Source: Mobula hypostoma
Taxonomy: Eukaryota
Direction: 5' to 3'
Length of the DNA: 64,000 nt
Assembly (NCBI RefSeq): GCF_963921235.1
Contig: NC_086097.1
Coordinates: forward strand, 120,282,001-120,346,000
The position numbers and the translations under genes were made by a program. How positions within the stretch are numbered: the stretch's first letter is position 1; each line of letters starts with the position of its first letter. The notes below the pieces were generated by a model. It did no database searches, was not told where the DNA came from, and saw only the letters and a program-made list of their open reading frames with translations. Below are positions 35,340 through 48,484 of this stretch, in pieces.

Positions 35340-36484
35340 GTTGGATGATCAGCCATGATCATACTGAATGGCGGTGCAGGCTCGCAGGGCCGAATGGCCT
35401 ACTCCTGCACCTATTTTCTATGTTTCTCTGTTTCTATGAATGTTTCCTGTTTTTTGCACTATTTTCTGTAAACTCCAGAGACTGTTGTGCACGAAAATCC
35501 CAGGAAATCAGTAGCTTCTGAGATAATCAAACTATCCTGTCTTCATCAAACAATCATTCCATGGTCAAGGTCACTTAAAGCACATTTCTTCCCCTTTCTG
35601 ATGTTTGATCTGAACAACAACTACCTTTTCTGACCGTATCTGCATGATTTTATGCATTGAGTTGCTGCCATGTGATAGGATTTGCACTAACAAGTAGATG
35701 TACAATGTATCTATTAAAATGGCCACTGAGTATACTTGTGTAAACCTCTCACTGTGGCTCATAATAAACCAGGTTCTTTAGGTAACTCTGGCTAACAGTC
35801 CATGAGTCCATGACTCAGTATTGCATAGGTGATGGTGAGAAAGTCACCTTCAATAAGCAAAACATGTCTAGGGTCAGTCAATATGATTCGGCTTCAACCA
35901 AACAGGAAAGTTGGAATGTTCTGCTGAGGGAACAGAAATTATGGTGAACATGGTACAGAACTGCCCCACACAAAGTTACCCTTCACCAGGAAGTAAAGGA
36001 TCTTACACTAGCAGAAATTCATTATCTTAGTAGAAACCAAAATACTAGACTGTGAAGCTTAATGAACAAAACACACTGCATTTTACAGAAAAGCTGCAGA
36101 AAATAAACGCTGAACAGTACAACGGTAGCAATACAGTGAAACATGTTCTTAACCAGGGCAATACACTTGTAACCCAACAATCATTATTATTATTCCAATA
36201 ATTCATGGACTCCTTGGGGTTGGTATCTTTGATTTATGAAGCTAGATCAAATAATGTATCATTCCCAGCCATGGGAACACACTATAGCAAAATACACGTA
36301 ATGCATTTTACCAGCCTTTTGATATATAGCATTTTGTTAATTGAAACATTCTTCATGATTGCAACCCTTTCATAAATCAAGGAACAACTCGATTTCCTGG
36401 GTGATGTTGAAGGGAACTGAGTAAAATAACTCTAAGCAATTGATGTGCTATCACCCACAAGGCTGTGGGTCAAGTGCTAGGATC

Positions 36485-36622
36485 TGATTTCTTGTCTGTT
36501 TTTGCTTTTGTGTAGTTTGTCATTGATTCTGTTGTGTTTCTTTGTATGTACCATGAATGCCCACAAGAAAATAAATCTCAGGGTGACATAAACATACCTT
36601 GATAATAAATTTACTTTGAAAT
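36485..36622 (+). mobile_element. Rex1-type 3' tail
   Basis: aagaaaataaatctcagggtgac..gataataaatttactttgaa. Confidence 0.7.
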
Positions 36623-37221
36623 TTAAATAATTCAGTAAAACTCTTTCCCTTTAGTTCAATTGAGTATAAACAGGGAGAGGAAAGGTTGAAAACAACAAAA
36701 GCTAACAGCTTCAGAAAGAAACTTTCTTTTGGAACATATAAGCTCTAGCCTAAAAGAAAACTCACTGTTATTAAAGTTGACTATGGTGAAGATTTTTTTC
36801 CTTAATTAAATAAGATTACCATGTTACAATCTGTATTGTTCTGTAATTTTTGCAATATAACTTTGTATGATTAAAGTAATGCGACAGGTGCATGCCTCTC
36901 AGGAGCTCAGAGTTTAAATAGTATTGAAAGCTTCAACCTTTCTTTCAAGTTTGTTTCTACAGTGAGCAGCAAGCTGATTTCCTAAGCATCAGAGTCTGTT
37001 TCCGGCTTCCTTCAGACTGCATTTTCAAAATTAAGGAGCCAACTACACACAGTTAATGATTCCCAGAAATTATGCATTTTCATGAGCAACAACCTTACCA
37101 GTTCCGAGAATTCCAATCAAATGTTACAGAAAGTGCATTTCCAAAAGCTGAATTATTCAGCATGCTTTAATTCTTTGCAATGTAACTAAAGGCTTGAAGA
37201 TTTAATGACGCTAAGGTTTGC

Positions 37222-37600
37222 AAAGTTCAAAAGTTCAAAGTTAATTTATTATCAAGGTACAAGTATCTCCATATACTCCCCTAAGATTCTTTCTTTTTGC
37301 TGGTATTCACAGTAGACAAAGAAATACAATGGAACCAATGAAAAACTACATAAAAACAGTGACAAACAACTAACGTGCAAAAGAAGACAAACTGTGCAAA
37401 TACCAATAAAACAAATAACAATAATAATAAATAGTTACAAAATAACCCTGAGAACATGAGTTGTACCATCCTAGAAAGTGAGTCCATAGGTTGTAGAATC
37501 AGTGTTGAGGTGAATGAAGTAATCTACTTTGGTTCAGGAGTCTGATGGTTGAAGGGTAATAACTGTTCCTGAACTTGGCAGTGTGGTACCCAAAGCTCTT
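37222..37600 (-). mobile_element. Rex1/Babar 3' fragment
   Basis: (aaagttc)n tail; reverse complement of the 50200-50550 type sequence. Confidence 0.8.
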
Positions 37601-38089
37601 TCTTTGATGTGTCTGTAATTAAAAGTATAAGCATGCATAAAGAGTTCTGAAATCTTCCCCTGTCTTTTTGATCATAAAATTCTATTGTGCTCCCACTTTT
37701 GAGAGTCATGCATGAAAAAGCACGGCTTAATGGCCACTATTTATAACTTACGACTGGCTGTTATTAGCACTTTAGTGATGTTTAATTGTCCTTCATTTGC
37801 ATTTGCAATTTTAAACATGTTTAAAATCTATTTTAAATATTCACCTTTTATTTGTTGTTAAAACATCTGAGCACGTTTCTTCCACAAGTCATACAACAAG
37901 CTTGGAAGTACACAGCATTTCAGTTTATCTATAGAACAAGGAGAATAATATGGTTTAGCTGCTATATTTAGACAATAAAGTTTAATAAATACTTAGAAAC
38001 ATTTTAATTGCAGAAAGAATATCAAGAAACTAGTCTGCAAGGCAGAAGGATTAAAAATGAAATATCCCAATAATTGCTAATTGTTAATT

Positions 38090-38710
38090 GGTTTATTATT
38101 GTCACATATAGAGGCATAGAGCACTACAGCACAAAAAAAGGTACTTCAGCACATTTGGTCCATTCTGCCTAGTTCCATCGAACTGCACCTGGACCATAGC
38201 CCTCCATACACCTCCCATTCATGTACCTATCCAAGTCTCTTTTATATGTTGAAAACAAACCACATCAACCACTTCCACAGGCAGCCCATTCCATAATCTC
38301 ACGACCCACTGAGTGAAGAAGTTCTCCCTCATGTTCCCCTTAAACATTTTATCTTTCACCCTTAACCCATGACCTCCAGTTCTAGTCTCACCCAACCTCA
38401 ATGAAAAACGCCTGCTTGCTTTTGACCCTATCTATAGCACCTCATAATTTTATATACCTCTATCAAATCTTAACTCATTCACATATGCTTCAGCGATTAA
38501 ACTCCTAACCTAGTCAATCTTTCCCTATGACTCAGCAATATCCTTGTAAATTTACCAAGATAGAGTGAAAAGATTTTGTTGCATGCCATCCAAACAGATC
38601 ATTCCATACATAAGTACATCAAGGCAGTACAAAAGAGAATGCAATGCCTGAATATGATGTAACAATTACAGGGAAAATGCTGTGCAGGTAGACATTAAGT
38701 GTCAAGGATC
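38090..38710 (-). mobile_element. CR1 3' fragment (38112-38552) nested in an older retroelement tail
   Basis: ORF 38219-38401 (TRTGGHGLRVK..RENFFTQWVVRLWN); flanks join as ggtttattattgtcacat..accaagatagagtgaaaag. Confidence 0.75.
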
Positions 38711-39149
38711 TGATAAGAATAAGTTGAGATGATATCATTGGTCTCAACTGTTAGTTGTGCTTCCCCCTCTACAGATGCAGACTGACCTATTGAGTATTAT
38801 TGGACTGTTTTGATTTTATTTGCATCAGAGACATTGGAGTAATAAACATCTCTGGATCTTCAGATAAACCATTGTGAGTTCAACAGCCTGAACAACAACA
38901 TGGAGGGACTGGCTGTCCACCATACCTGATCACTTACCTCTTTGGCTCTTTAGAAGGATGGGGCACAGGTCTTATTCAATCATTGCATCCACCCACTATT
39001 AACTAAATAGGATCACTAGCTTGTTTCCAAGAGCCGTTCTAACTCTGTGCATTCTGTGAGAAGCACTTTTACTCAGGAGTCTCCAAAGCATTTCAGAGTG
39101 TGCTAAAATACTTTCTATTTCCTTGAATGAATGTAGTTCCAGCAATAAT

Positions 39150-39300
39150 CAAGGTAAGACCATAAGACCTAGGAGAAGAATTAGGCCAATTGGCCCCTTG
39201 TTTCTGCTCCACCATTCAATCATGGCTAATTTATTTTCTCTCTGAATACCATTCTCCTGTTTCTCCCCATCATCTTTGACACCCTTACTAATGAAGAACT
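39150..39300 (-). mobile_element. CR1 3' tail
   Basis: taagaccataagacctaggagaagaattaggcc. Confidence 0.8.
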
Positions 39301-40089
39301 CCAGGAGAAAGCAGTCGATGTAACCCACCACAAGAAACATCTGTTCCCTCCACTTTATGTGCACTGTGACTTCAGTGTTGACTGCCTTGAGGTCTTGACC
39401 TCATTGATGGAGTTGGTAAAAGAGGACGACAGATTCAATGGTAGCAGAGGAAGGTGGCAGCAGTGAAAGGTCTACAGTTGTCTTGCATTCTGTGCCACAG
39501 TACCCTGACCCCAATCTGTCACGGCCTGCGTGGTGGCTCCCCATGCATCAGCCTCCCCAGGTTAAACAAATTCCTGCACAGGCATTTTCCATTAAGGGAA
39601 TCCACCCCAATATCCTGGATTAAGTCCTATGGTAATCAGCAAAAGGCAAAGTGCATGAGATTATGAGGTCTAGGAACCCCCAGTATGTGAAAACCGGATT
39701 GGTCATTCCAGCCACCTGAGAACCACCAATAGACAAGCCCTTAGGAGAACATCATATTTGATTTGATTCATACTAATAAGTGCCCACCAGATCCACAGCA
39801 GCAACTCGCCAAGGATTGTTCAACAGTATGGCCCAGACCCAACAGAAAAAGGACACTATGAACAAGAGCAGCTGATTATCGTCTTCAAGGCACTCTATAT
39901 CACATATCAACCTAAATTGGAAATAATTTGCCGTTCCCTCATTTTCTCTGCAAATGAAACATAGAATGGACAAGGAAACATAGAATTCCTTGTCCATTAG
40001 CATTGTGGGAGTACCTGCACCGTACAGATGCCAGCAGTCCATAAAGGTGCCTCACAACCTCCTTCTCACAAGTTCTCAACTCACAACCT

Positions 40090-40640
40090 TCTCAAGCGGT
40101 GTTCATGAAACATTGAGTGTGTGTCTTCACACTCCTGGTACCTCCTCCCCAATGGAAGTAATAAGAAGAAGCATGTTCTGAGTGGTGTAGATCCTTAATG
40201 ACAGATGCTACCTTCCTGAGGCATTACCTTTAGAAAATGTCCTCGACGATGGGGAAGCGAGTGTCCAATGATGGAACTGGCTAAGTTTACAATGCTTTGC
40301 AGCATTTTATGGACCTGTGCGTTGGCGTTTCCATAACAGACGGTGATGCAATCAGTCAGAATGCTCTTCACGGTACCTCTACAGGAATTTCCTAGAGTCC
40401 TTGGTGACATATCAAATCTTCTCAATCTCCTAATAAAATATAGCAACTGGCGTGCTTTCATTGTAATTAGATCAGTATGTTTGTCTCAGAATAGGTCTTT
40501 AGAGAAGTTGAACCCAGGAACTTGAAGCTGCTCATACTTTGATGAGGACTCGTGTGTGTTCCCTCAACTTTCCTTTCCTGAAGTCCTCAATCAGTTCCTT
40601 TGATTCACTGATGTTGAGTGAGAGGCTGTTGTGTTGATAG
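40090..40640 (-). mobile_element. Rex1/Babar fragment
   Basis: ORF 40195-40461: KARQLLYFIRRLRRF..TVKSILTDCITVCYGN. Confidence 0.88.
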
Positions 40641-41549
40641 CCTTGATTATTGTTTATTGTAAATGTTTATTAACAATAAGCATCATGGGTGATAACAATG
40701 AGGCTCAATCTAGTGGAAAGAATTTTATAGGTTTTCAAATTTCCAGCAAAGAAACAAAAAGTTTCTGTGATGACATTATCTAAACATAATCACTTTGATT
40801 TCTGCACCTTCATTTTCTGGAACCCCAAAAATGAGGGAATGAATTCTACCATTTGGGAGGAGGGAGGGATGGCAGATCCTCATGGATTAAGGAGGCAAGC
40901 AGTGGCTGTTATTATTACTTTGCATGAAGAGGTATGATGCTGAATCGAAATGGTAAAACAAAGGTATACAGGTTCTATTCAGATCAAGTGAAGGAAGAAC
41001 TTTTAAATCATTATTCTGTGAGAGCCACCAACATGCAACATGAATCAAGGTGAACAATATCTACAGTATATTCACTCACATCAGAAAGTCAACATGTGTT
41101 GCAGGTTGAAATGAAAACAAACGATAACCAGCCTACTTTTCTTTATCAGAGTAAGGCTCATTTTCCAACAAGGCTCTGTGAAGGGGTAGGATGGCAGCCA
41201 GTGTCAATACCACACACCTCTCTGGTGCTGGTGCTCTCAACATGCTATCCTCACATGGACACCAAGGATTTTCTCTCTCCAGCTACATTCCCCATCAAAC
41301 TGGTCCAGTCCTGGTCCCTTTTGTCCAGATGAGAATAAGATCATCCTCAAAGGCTTAAAACTATCCATAGATTTATAATGATTGCAGATCACAAAACATT
41401 TGTCTCCAGGCAAGAGGGTAAACAGACCATTTTGAATACGGTGAGAACTAGTTTTGTAAGGATTTAAATTTAAAATTTTAAAATTATAGGACTTTCCTGT
41501 TGCCTTTTTCAATGATTGTAGATTATGAAGTGAATGTGAATCCTAAACA

Positions 41550-42110
41550 TGTGGCCACTTTATTGAGTACACCTATAAGTGACTCATTAATGCAAATACC
41601 TAATCAGCCAATCATGTGGCAGCAACATAATGCATAAAAACATGCAGATATGGTCAAGAGGTTCAGTTGCTGTTCAGACCAAACATCAGAATGGGGAAGA
41701 AATGTGATCTAAGTGACCTTGACCATGGAATGATTGTTGGTGCCAGACAAGGTGATTTCAGTACCTCAGAAACTGCTGATCTCCTGGGATTTTCACACAC
41801 AACAGTCTCTAGTGTTTACAGAGACTGGTGTGAAAAACAAAAAAAAAGCATCCAGTGAGCAGAAATTCTGTAGGCAAGTATGGTCAGACTGGACAGGAGA
41901 ATGGCCAGTCCGGTTCAAGCTGACTGGAAAGTGACACTAAATCAAAGTACCACGTGTTACAACAGTGGCGTGCAGAAGAGCAGCTCTGAATGCACAACGC
42001 ATCGAACATTGCTTTGGATGGGCTATAGCAGCAGAACACCATGAACGTACACTCAGTGTCCATTTTACTTGGTACTGGAGATATCTAATGAAGTGGCCAC
42101 TGTGTGCATA
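41550..42110 (+). mobile_element. Near-complete Tc1-derived non-autonomous element
   Basis: gtggccactttattgagtacacc ... ctaatgaagtggccactgtgtg; MGKKCDLSDLDHGMIVGARQG..SETADLLGFSHTTVS. Confidence 0.88.
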
Positions 42111-42154
42111 TACCAGCGGTAATGAAGTTTCATTTTCAAATAATTTGTGTAGGT

Positions 42155-42285
42155 TTGAAAGGAGAAGAAGGAAGAAAAGAAAGATGATGATAAGGAAAAA
42201 GAATTGGAGGAGGGGAAGAAAACAAGTGAGGAGGAGGAACATAAGAAAGTGGAGTAGATGGAATAAATAGGACAGAAGGAGGATA
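42155..42285. repeat. Purine-rich low-complexity tract
   Basis: GA-rich run; explains the R/K-rich tail of ORF 41965-42270. Confidence 0.8.
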
Positions 42286-43214
42286 AGTCAGAGCATGTGC
42301 TTTTACTTGTTTCAATGTCTCTAAAAGCTCACTAGAGTCAATACTGGATATTGGCTGAACTTACAAAAGTAATTTTCTTGACTTATTTTCAGCAATCTGT
42401 AGCAGTATCAATTTACATCTCAATGCACAAGTTGTTTGTCGACATCATTATTCAAAAGCCTGTCTGTTCAGTGCTTTTACAGCTTACCAAATGGTTACTG
42501 CACAACCCTGTTCTCATTGTCTAAATAAACTCTCAGAAGATGAAGTCTCTTTTCCAGTGTCATTTTAAATTACTATTAAAGCTGCTCTGGTCTCCTGTCT
42601 AACCCTTGGATCTGCAGGCTGTCAGAATGTGATATTTGCTTCAACAGTAAAAGCACTGGACAGTTCTAAGCTGCCAATGTGTGGCGTGTGAGGGCTATTG
42701 CAATGATAGCATTTGACTGAATTGTGCAGAATTGGGCTTTGCAGTCTTGGACTTTGTTTCACCTGACTGACTATGGATTGTCATTATACTAATTACTTGT
42801 GATGGACAAAACTTCCAGCATTCTCGAATGCCATTTCCATCAACACAGTCATTTAACATGCAAGTTTGAATGTCAGGTCTGCATACTCAATAGCTTTGAT
42901 TGAACTTCTTCACTTACTAGTCCCCACACAAATCTGTCACAGAATGAAAAATAAAAAAAAAACACTAAGATTGCAATACAGCAATACATTCTTTAATAAA
43001 ACAATCTACTAAGTAATAATCACACCATGAATATTGTTCCTGGCCAAAACCTATAACCTTCAGTTATGCTAACAGCTTTGGAGCAAAGTGATCTAATTCC
43101 CGCAAAAATAACTTTGAACAAGATACCTTCTGCCCCATGTGATTCCAGTTTAGTTGCCATCAGTAATGTTTTCTAAGCTTCCATATCATTTTGGTTTGGA
43201 CTCTCGTCAGGATA

Positions 43215-43515
43215 CCTTCTTTTACTTTTACACATTTGCCTTGCAGCACCTAGGATCACCCATGGGTGTTCAAGTCATGGGCTGCCTGTGAGGACCATGT
43301 ATGTTCCCCATGACAATGTGCATTTCTTCCAGGTGCCCCAGATTTCTCTCACGTTCCAAAGACGGTTAGGGTTAGTAAGTTGTGGACGTGCTATGTTGGC
43401 ACTGGAAGTGTGGTGACACTTGGAAGCTGTCAAGCACCATTCTCGCTGATTTGATTTGACACAAAGGATGCATTTCACTGCATGTTTCGATATACACATG
43501 ACAAATAAAGCCAAT
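43215..43515 (+). mobile_element. V-domain SINE, decayed
   Basis: gggtgttcaagtc..tatgttccccatgac..ttcttccaggtgccccagatttctctcac. Confidence 0.65.
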
Positions 43516-43924
43516 CTTTCTTTGATCATCTTGTAAAACTCCTAAGTTATTGTCCTGTTTATAGATTGTGTCCATTTGTTTAAGCCAGTAAGTTTTTCTT
43601 CTGTTCAGTCAAACATCCACAATGCAGTGTAGACATGTTATCTTCTACCTATTCAACAATTACTTGGTCAACTACTGTTCTCATCAGACAATTGATTAAT
43701 CAACACAATCACCCTGTTTGCTGACTGTACATATGATAACTTTGTGAAATGAGTTTTTGTGTGAATGGTCTCACGAAAATGCTGAGAAAAATCAATGTTG
43801 GTGCTGCAAGCACACCTTTGTGAGAGTAACTAATACATGTTAATATATCTGAAGGGAAGTTTTAGTCCTTGCCTTTGATGTGCAATATTTTCAGAATCTA
43901 TTCAGACATTACACAGGAGTTCAG

Positions 43925-44060
43925 AACACAATGGATTCTGCAGATGCTGGAAATCCAGAGCAACACACACAAAATGCTGGAGAAACACAGCAGGTCAGGC
44001 GGCATCTATAGAGAGGAATATAGAATCAACATTTCAGGCTGAGGCCCTTCATCAGGACAA
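43925..44060 (-). mobile_element. Penelope 3' terminal piece with degenerate hammerhead
   Basis: aacacacacaaaatgctggag..; minus gtcCTGATGAagggcctcagcctGAAAtgttgat. Confidence 0.8.
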
Positions 44061-46047
44061 ACTAATCACAGAAAGAGTCGGAGACAGTTCCAGATATTGG
44101 GAAGTACTTTCCTTCTCATCTTAAAAATCGATCCATCAGAAGTGAAAGTGTAACAATTCTTGATGAGAAGAGAAATTCCACTCAAAAGACATTGAGAAGG
44201 AATATTTTGACCACAGGAAAGTTCACAGATGCTGAGAAACTCCTTCTCTTTTTAACTGGGCATACAATTAGTTTTAATCACACTTCATTTCAATCATGCT
44301 AAAGAGATTTTTTTCATAATGGATGGAAAGTGCAGAGGAGTGGCTATAGGATTGATTCAAGTTGCTGGTCTAGGCCATGTTCAAGGACCAATCAGAGAAC
44401 ATGAATGAATACACCATGTTTGTCATGGACTTTAGAAAGACACTTGTGGATGATCTGTGTCCTCACAAAATGATTCAGGTTCTTCCCCAACCAGAGCCCT
44501 GGAACAACCACGAGATTCACAATCTGCTGAGGGCCAGATCAGTGTTGTTCAGGACTAGTGATCCAGGAAAGTACAGGGTGTGATCTCTGGAAAACCATCT
44601 GAGATGAAAAGTGGAATCAAAGAAGGATGCTCGATAGCTGTGTCAAGGCTTGAGTGCCTTCACCTCCCCCCCAAAACAAAACAAATGACATAGGTGACAA
44701 CAGGCTTCTGGGAATAGTTCACAAGGCACAGGATAGATATGTCTGCTAGAGGAAGAAGTTCTCAAATGGCAGGGATAGGAACTGTGCCTGACAACGGAAG
44801 TTAAAGACTGCATAAAAGCCAAGGAAAGGGCATTTAAGGTTTCAAAAGTGAATGGGAAGCTGAATGACTGGAAGACTTTTAAATTCCAACAAAAGGCAAC
44901 TAAGAAGCTATAAGAAGGGTAAAGATAAAATATGAGGGTAGACTAGTCAATAATATAAAGCAGGATACCAATAGATTTTTCAGTTATATAAACAGTAAAA
45001 TGAAGGTGAGGATTGATATTGGACCACTGGAAAATGCTGCTGGTGAGGTAGAAATGGGGGTGGCGGGGGGGGGAAGAAATGGCAGAAGAACTTAATGGGT
45101 ACTTTGCATCTGTCTTCACTGTGGCAGACACTAGCAGTGTGCCAGAGGTCCGTGAGTGTCAGGGAGCAGGAGTGAGTGTCCTTGCTATTGCAAAGGAAAA
45201 AGTGCCAGGCAAATGCAAAAGCCTTTAGGTGGATAAAGCACATGGGCCAGATTGACTACATCCCAGAGTCCTGAGAGAGGTTGTTGAAGAGATAACGGAT
45301 GCATTGGTCATGATCTTTCAAGAATCACTTGATTCTGGCATGGTCCTGGAGAACTGGAAGGTTGCAAATGTCACTCCACTCTTTAAGAAAGGAAGAAGGA
45401 AAAAGAAAGCAAATTATAGGCCAGTTAGACTAACCTCAGGGGTTGGGAAATTGTTGGAGTCTATTATTAAAGCTGATGTATTGAGGTACTTGGAGACTAA
45501 TAATAAAATATGTCAACGTCAGCATGGTTTCTGTAAAGGGAAATCTTGGCTGACAAATATGTTAGAATTCTTCAAGGAAGTAACAAGCAGGGTGGACAAA
45601 GCAGAGGCAGTGGATGTCACTTACTTGGATTTTCAGAAGGCGTTTGATAAGATGTCACATATGAGGCTGCTTAACAAGATAAAATCCCATAGCGTTACAG
45701 TATAGATTCTGGCATAAATAGGGGCTAGGGTTAGGGTTAGGGATAAGGATAGGCAGGAGGCAGTGAGTGGGAATAAACAGAACCCTTCTTAGTTGACTGC
45801 CGGTGACCAGTGGTGTTCCTCAGGGGTCAGTATTGGGACCGCTGCTTTCCACATTGTTTGTCAATGATTCAGATAAAGGAATTGATGGCTTTGTGGTAAA
45901 GTCTGCAGACGATACAAAGACAAGTTGAGGGGTAGGTAGGGCTAAGGGAGGCAATGTGATTGCAGAAGAACTTAGACCAATTGGAAGAATGGGCAAAAAA
46001 GAGACAGATGGAATAGTGTTGGGAAATGTATGATAATCCACTTTGTT

Positions 46048-47735
46048 AAAACATAGAAAACATAGAAAACATAGAAAATAGGTGCAGGAGTAGGTCATCC
46101 GGCCCTTCGAACCTGCACCGCCATTCAGTATGATCATGGCTGATCATCCAACTCAGAACCCTGTACCAGCCTTCCCTCCATACCCTCTGATCCCACAAGG
46201 GCCATATCTAACTCCCTCTTAAATATAGCCAATGAACTGGCCTCAACTGTTTCCTGTGGCAGAGAATTCCACAGATTCACCACTCTCTGTGTGAAGAAGT
46301 TTTTCCTAATCTCGGTCCTAAAAGGCTTCCCCTTTATCCTCAAACTGTGACCCCTCATTCTGGACTTCTCCAACATCGGGAACAATCTTCCTGCATCTAG
46401 CCTGTCCAATCACTTTAGAATTTTATACGTTTCAATCAGATCCCCCCTCAATCTTCTAAATTCCAATGAGTATAAGCCTAGTTCATCCAATCTTTCATCA
46501 TATGAAAGTCCTGCCATCCCAAGAATCAATCTGGTGAACCTTCTTTGTACTCCCTCTATGGCAAGGATGTCTTTCCTCAGATTAGGGGATCAAAACTGCA
46601 CACAATACTCCAGGTGTGGTCTCACCAAGGCCTTGTACAACTGCAGCAGTACCTCCCTGCTCCTGTACTCGAATCCTCTTGCTATAAATGCCAGCATACC
46701 ATTCGCCTTTTTCACCACCTGCTGTACCTGCATGCCCACTTTCAATGACTGGTGTATAATGACACCCAGGTCTCGTTGCACCTCCCCTTTTCCTAATCAG
46801 CCACCATTCAGATAATAATCTGTTTTCCTCTTTTTGCCACCAAAGTGGATAACTTCACATTTATCCACATTAAATTGCATCTGCCATGAATTTGCCCACT
46901 CACCTAACCTATCCAAGTCACCCTGCATCCTCTTAGCATCCTCCTCACAGCTAACACTGCTGCCCAGCTTCATGTCATCTGCAAACTTGGAGATGCTGCA
47001 CTTAATTCCCTCATCCAAATCATTAATATATATTGTAAACAACTGGGGTCCCAGCACTGAGCCTTGCGGTACCCCACTAGTCACTGCCTGCCATTCTGAA
47101 AAGGTTCCATTCATTCCCACTCTTTGCTTCCTGTCTGCCAACCAATTCTCTATCCACATCAATACCTTACCCCCAATACCATGTGCTTTAAGTTTGCACA
47201 CTAATCTCCTGTGTGGGACCTTGTCAAAAGCCTTTTGAAAATCCAAATATACCACATCCACTGGTTCTCCCCTATTCACTCTACTAGTTACATCCTCAAA
47301 AAATTCTATGATATTCGTCAGACATGATTTTCCTTTCACAAATCCATGCTGACTTTGTCCGATGATTTCATCGCTTTCCAAATGTGCTGTTATCACATCT
47401 TTGATAACTGACTCCAGCAGTTTCCCCACCACCGATGTTAGGCTAACCGGTCTATAATTCCCTGGTTTCTCTCTCCCTCCTTTTTTAAAAAGTGAGGTTA
47501 CATTAGCCACCCTCCAATCCTCAGGAACTAGTCCAGAATCTAAAGAGTTTTGAAAAATTATTACTAATGCATCCATTATTTCTTGGGCTACTTCCTTAAG
47601 CACTCTGGGATGCAGACCATCTGGCCCTGGGGATTTATCTGCCTTTAATCCCTTCAATTTACCTAACACCACTTCCCTACTAACATGTATTTCCCTCAGT
47701 TCCTCCATCTCACTGGACCCTCTGTCCCCTACTAT
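46048..47735 (-). mobile_element. Young 5'-truncated CR1
   Basis: ORF 46797-47708 holds a complete RT core ([23 protein letters not shown]); (catagaaaa)n tail at 46048-46078. Confidence 0.95.
46797..47708 (-). pseudogene. CR1 reverse transcriptase domain, open for 303 aa
   Basis: All RT motifs present; premature stop at 46797-46799. Confidence 0.93.
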
Positions 47736-48142
47736 AGTGCAGACTATTATCTAAATGGGGAGATAATTCAAACATCGGAGATGCAAAGGGACTTAGGAGT
47801 CCTTGTGCAATACTCCCAGAAGGTTAATTTGCAGCTTGAATCTGTGGTAAAGAAGGCAAGTGCAATGTTAGCATTTAATTCAAGGGGAATAGAATAGAAA
47901 AGCAAGGAGATAATGTGGAGCCTTTAAAAGACACAAGTCAGGCTGTACTTGGAGTATTGTCAACAGTTTCCGGCCCCATATCCCAGAAAAAAATGTACCG
48001 TCATTGGAGAGAGTCCAGAGGAAGCTCACGAGGATAATTCCAGGAATGAAGGGGTTAACATGAGAGGAGTGTTGAGCTTATTTGGGCTTTTACTTACTGG
48101 AATTTAGAAGAATGCAGGGGGATCCCATTGAAACCTACCAAA

Positions 48143-48484
48143 TAGTCATAGTCATAGTCATAGTCATAGTCATACTTTATTGATCCCAGGGGAAATTGGT
48201 TTTCGTTACAGTTGCACCATAAATAATAAATCCATAAATAGTTAAGTAGTAATATGTAAATTATGCCAGGAAATAAGCCCAGGACCAGCCTATTGGCTCA
48301 GGGTGTCTGACCCTCCAAGGGAGGAGTTGTAAAGTTTGATGGCCACAGGCAGGAATGACTTCCTATGACGCTTTGTGTTGCATCTCAGTGGAATGAGTCT
48401 CTGGCTGAATGTGCTCCTGTGCCCAACCAGTACATTATGTAGTGGATGGGAGACATTATCCAAGATGGCATGCAGCTTGGACAA
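48143..48484 (-). mobile_element. Rex1/Babar 3' fragment with (tagtca)n tail
   Basis: Reverse complement of 30395-30727. Confidence 0.9.

Larger units (their letters stand above)
30919..35437 (+). mobile_element. Full-length but inactivated CR1 LINE (~4.5 kb)
   Basis: 5' UTR with tandem duplication, ORF1, ORF2 (APE + RT) and (tttctatg)n tail. Confidence 0.95.
30728..35735 (-). mobile_element. Tc1 derivative (30728-30918 and 35438-35735) split by a full-length CR1
   Basis: The two flanks join into the same sequence as 28895-29387; ends ggccactgagta. Confidence 0.8.

Noticed and set aside
41965..42270. Arg/Lys-rich protamine-like ORF
   Set aside because: It is a Tc1 end fused to a purine-rich low-complexity tract
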